From Caedibacter taeniospiralis (GTDB lineage: Bacteria > Pseudomonadota > Gammaproteobacteria > Francisellales > Francisellaceae): 9,682 nt of DNA. This document shows, piece after piece, positions 7,493-9,682 of this stretch. Both the position numbers and the translations under genes were made by a program. Position 1 is the stretch's first letter. Each line of letters starts with the position of its first letter. Below the pieces are notes generated by a model that made no database searches, had not been told where the DNA came from, and was given only the letters and a program-made list of their open reading frames with translations. The stretch lies in assembly GCF_002803295.2 (NCBI RefSeq), contig NZ_PGGB02000002.1, positions 63,756 through 73,437 of the forward strand. The letters run 5' to 3'.

Positions 7493-8902
7493 ATGAGTGA
7501 TATAAAAACAGAACTAGTGGTATTAGGTAGTGGTCCTGGAGGCTATAGTGCGGCGTTTCGTGCGGCAGATTTAGGTAAGAGAGTGGTGCTGATTGAGCGT
7601 TATGACTCGATTGGCGGGGTGTGTTTAAATGTTGGATGTATTCCATCAAAAGCGCTTTTGCATGTGGCTAAAGTGATCAATGAAGCCCGTCATCTGGAAA
7701 AAGAGGGTTTAATCAGTTTTGATAATTTAACCTTCAATAAAGATAAAATTCTGGGTTATAAAGACAAGATCGTAAGCCAATTAACAGGCGGGCTAAAAGG
7801 TCTGGCAAAACAGCGCAAAGTCGACATTGTCCAAGGGTATGGCAAGTTTACTTCAAGTCACGAAATTGCGGTTGAAACGAAAGATGGCATTAAAACCATT
7901 TCTTTTGACCATGCCATTATCGCGGTAGGCTCAAGCTCAATTAAGCTGCCGTTTATCCCTGAGGATCCTCGCATTATCGATTCAACGGGTGCGCTTGAAA
8001 TGAAAGAAGTGCCTAAGAAAATGCTGGTGATTGGCGGGGGTATCATTGGTCTTGAAATGGCACAGGTCTACAGTGAACTTGGTTCTGAGATCACCGTGGT
8101 TGAATTTATGGATCAACTCATGGGGGCAGCGGATAAAGATATCGTGAAGCCCTATGAAAAGATGATGTCTAAGCGTTATGATATTCGCTTGGAGACAAAA
8201 GTCACCAAAGTAGAAGCGAAGAAAGATGGACTTTATGTTTCGATGGAAGGCAAAAGGGAAGCTCAAAACGAGCGTTTTGATCGCATCCTTTTAGCCGTTG
8301 GGCGCACCCCTAATGGCAAGTTAATCGATGCCGAAAAAGCAGGGGTTAATGTTGATGAGCGTGGGTTTATTAAAGTCGATAATCAGCTAAGAACTAATGT
8401 ATCACATATCTTTGCGATTGGTGATGTCGTTGGACAACCCATGTTGGCGCATAAAGCCGTGCCTGAAGGACGCATTGCTGCGGAAGTTATCTCTGGGATG
8501 AAGCATTACTTTGAACCCAAGTGTATTCCAGCAGTCGCTTATACTGATCCAGAGGTTTCATGGGTTGGGGTGACCGAGAAAGAAGCCAAGGAAAAAGGCA
8601 TCAAATATGACAAAGGTGTTTTCCCATGGGCAGCAAGCGGTAGATCATTAAGTATGGGGCGCAATGAAGGCATGACCAAAATCCTTTATGATGAAAACCA
8701 CACTATTATTGGTGCAGGTATTGTTGGTCCTAATGCAGGAGAGCTCATTGCCGAAGCTGCATTAGCGATTGAGATGGGCTGTGACGCTGAAGATATTTCA
8801 TTGACGATTCATCCACACCCAACTTTATCCGAAACGCTTATGATGGCAACTGAGGTCTATGAAGGAACTGCGACTGACATTTATGCACCTAAGAAAAAGT
8901 AG
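7493..8902 (+). CDS. lpdA: Dihydrolipoamide dehydrogenase (E3)
   Basis: FAD-binding LVVLGSGPGGYSAAFRAADLG, redox disulfide GGVCLNVGCIPSKAL, NAD-binding VIGGGIIGLEMAQVYSELGSEITVVE, AIGDVVGQPMLAHKA, and the C-terminal HPHPTLSET interface motif. ATG at 7493 is favoured over the TTG at 7451 by AAGAAAGG just upstream. Confidence 0.97.
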   Translation: MSDIKTELVVLGSGPGGYSAAFRAADLGKRVVLIERYDSIGGVCLNVGCIPSKALLHVAKVINEARHLEKEGLISFDNLTFNKDKILGYKDKIVSQLTGGLKGLAKQRKVDIVQGYGKFTSSHEIAVETKDGIKTISFDHAIIAVGSSSIKLPFIPEDPRIIDSTGALEMKEVPKKMLVIGGGIIGLEMAQVYSELGSEITVVEFMDQLMGAADKDIVKPYEKMMSKRYDIRLETKVTKVEAKKDGLYVSMEGKREAQNERFDRILLAVGRTPNGKLIDAEKAGVNVDERGFIKVDNQLRTNVSHIFAIGDVVGQPMLAHKAVPEGRIAAEVISGMKHYFEPKCIPAVAYTDPEVSWVGVTEKEAKEKGIKYDKGVFPWAASGRSLSMGRNEGMTKILYDENHTIIGAGIVGPNAGELIAEAALAIEMGCDAEDISLTIHPHPTLSETLMMATEVYEGTATDIYAPKKK

Positions 8903-8909
8903 CTGTATT

Positions 8910-9011
8910 TTGGGCTAGAATATCCTCTGAAATCAATAACCCCCACCCATCTGTGGCTGCATACACCGTGCCTCCCAGAGCAAATATGCCATTGACACGA
9001 TCATCTCCCAA
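8910..9011 (-). pseudogene. Possible remnant of a beta-propeller-like repeat unit
   Basis: My translation of the minus strand, in frame after the stop of the neighbouring gene: LGDDRVNGIFALGGTVYAATDGWGLLISEDI. It resembles G(D/N)xxVNGVxxxGxTVYAATxGGLSIS-type repeats. No start codon or complete ORF. Confidence 0.35.
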
Positions 9012-9032
9012 GCAATTGCTTGTCCCAAGTGG

Positions 9033-9682
9033 CTAAAAAGGCTCAGCAATCAAATCAACCACATTACGCTCTTGTGAATCAAAGCTGATACCGATCAAAT
9101 AAACAGGTTTGTTGCTGCTAAGATATTTTTCAGCATATTTTTTGTCTTTAATCTGCTGAATGGCACTCTTGGCATCACCCAGTTTGGCGAGTTTAAATTC
9201 GATAATCACGATCTTATCGTACATGATAATCGTCAAATCAATCTTGCCGCGATTAGTGACATCCTCAGGAATCGTGTCGTAACCCAAAGCCGTTAGAAAA
9301 CTATACACAATGCTGGCATAGAACCCCTCATATTCGTCAATATGGTTATTGCGATACCAGTCATTGGGGATAGAGGCGAAGTGGCTGCTTAATATCAATT
9401 CCAGGCGTTTAAAATCATCTGTCTCCAAGACATTGAGTAGGCAACCAATCAGCCTGTCTTTAGCGCTTTGATTAGAAGCAATCACAGCTAAAGAATTGTT
9501 GAGGCTGTATTTGACCTCATAATTAGGATAGCTTAAACGGTAGGCTATTGTCTGACCGCGAGAGGTTACCGCTTTAATCGTCAAATAGCCCGTTTGAAAT
9601 AATAAGGCTTCAATCGGCATATTATCGATATCAAAGGTTCTTAAGAGTTCCTCGCCCACCACAATATCCTCTAAATCAGGAA
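9033..9682 (-). CDS. C-terminal part of an AAA-ATPase-like / PD-(D/E)XK nuclease superfamily protein (DUF1703-like); 5' end outside the window
   Basis: ELLRTFDIDNMPIEALLFQTGYLTI, followed by YEGFYASIVYSFLTALGYDTIPEDVTNRGKIDLTIIMYDKIVIIEFKL, with the D...ExK nuclease-like core. The frame stays open (PDLEDIV) from 9662 to the window edge, so the annotated GTG start at 9662 is probably not the real start. Confidence 0.85.
   Translation of the reverse strand, partial: PDLEDIVVGEELLRTFDIDNMPIEALLFQTGYLTIKAVTSRGQTIAYRLSYPNYEVKYSLNNSLAVIASNQSAKDRLIGCLLNVLETDDFKRLELILSSHFASIPNDWYRNNHIDEYEGFYASIVYSFLTALGYDTIPEDVTNRGKIDLTIIMYDKIVIIEFKLAKLGDAKSAIQQIKDKKYAEKYLSSNKPVYLIGISFDSQERNVVDLIAEPF

Noticed and set aside
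7858-8266. Antisense ORFs inside lpd
   Set aside because: Fully overlapped by the conserved Lpd coding sequence.
1-9682. A novel defence or CRISPR-like system
   Set aside because: No regularly spaced repeats, cas-like, transposase-like or toxin-antitoxin-like genes. The nuclease-like gene is partial and its family alone is not evidence of a defence system.

Overview
The window reads as AT-rich gammaproteobacterial, Legionellales-like chromosome (taxonomy is inferred from protein style only). From left to right it contains: the end of a hairpin/repeat element; an iron-sulfur L-serine dehydratase (+); an orphan helical protein with a hydrophobic C-terminal segment (-), divergent from the next gene; a pyruvate dehydrogenase cluster aceE, aceF, lpd (+); and the C-terminal part of a PD-(D/E)XK / AAA-ATPase-like family protein (-) that runs off the right edge. 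The most notable points are: (1) AceF has one complete lipoyl domain plus a roughly 19-residue remnant of a second, fused directly to the E1/E3-binding domain; (2) a hairpin-dense, MITE-like repeat of about 200 bp with imperfect terminal inverted repeats separates aceF from lpd, and a possible related end lies at the window start; (3) an uncharacterised protein of about 465 aa sits between sdaA and aceE and is a speculative secreted-effector candidate; (4) a propeller-repeat-like coding remnant lies between lpd and the PD-(D/E)XK gene. I found no CRISPR array, tRNA, rRNA, transposase or convincing new multi-gene system.
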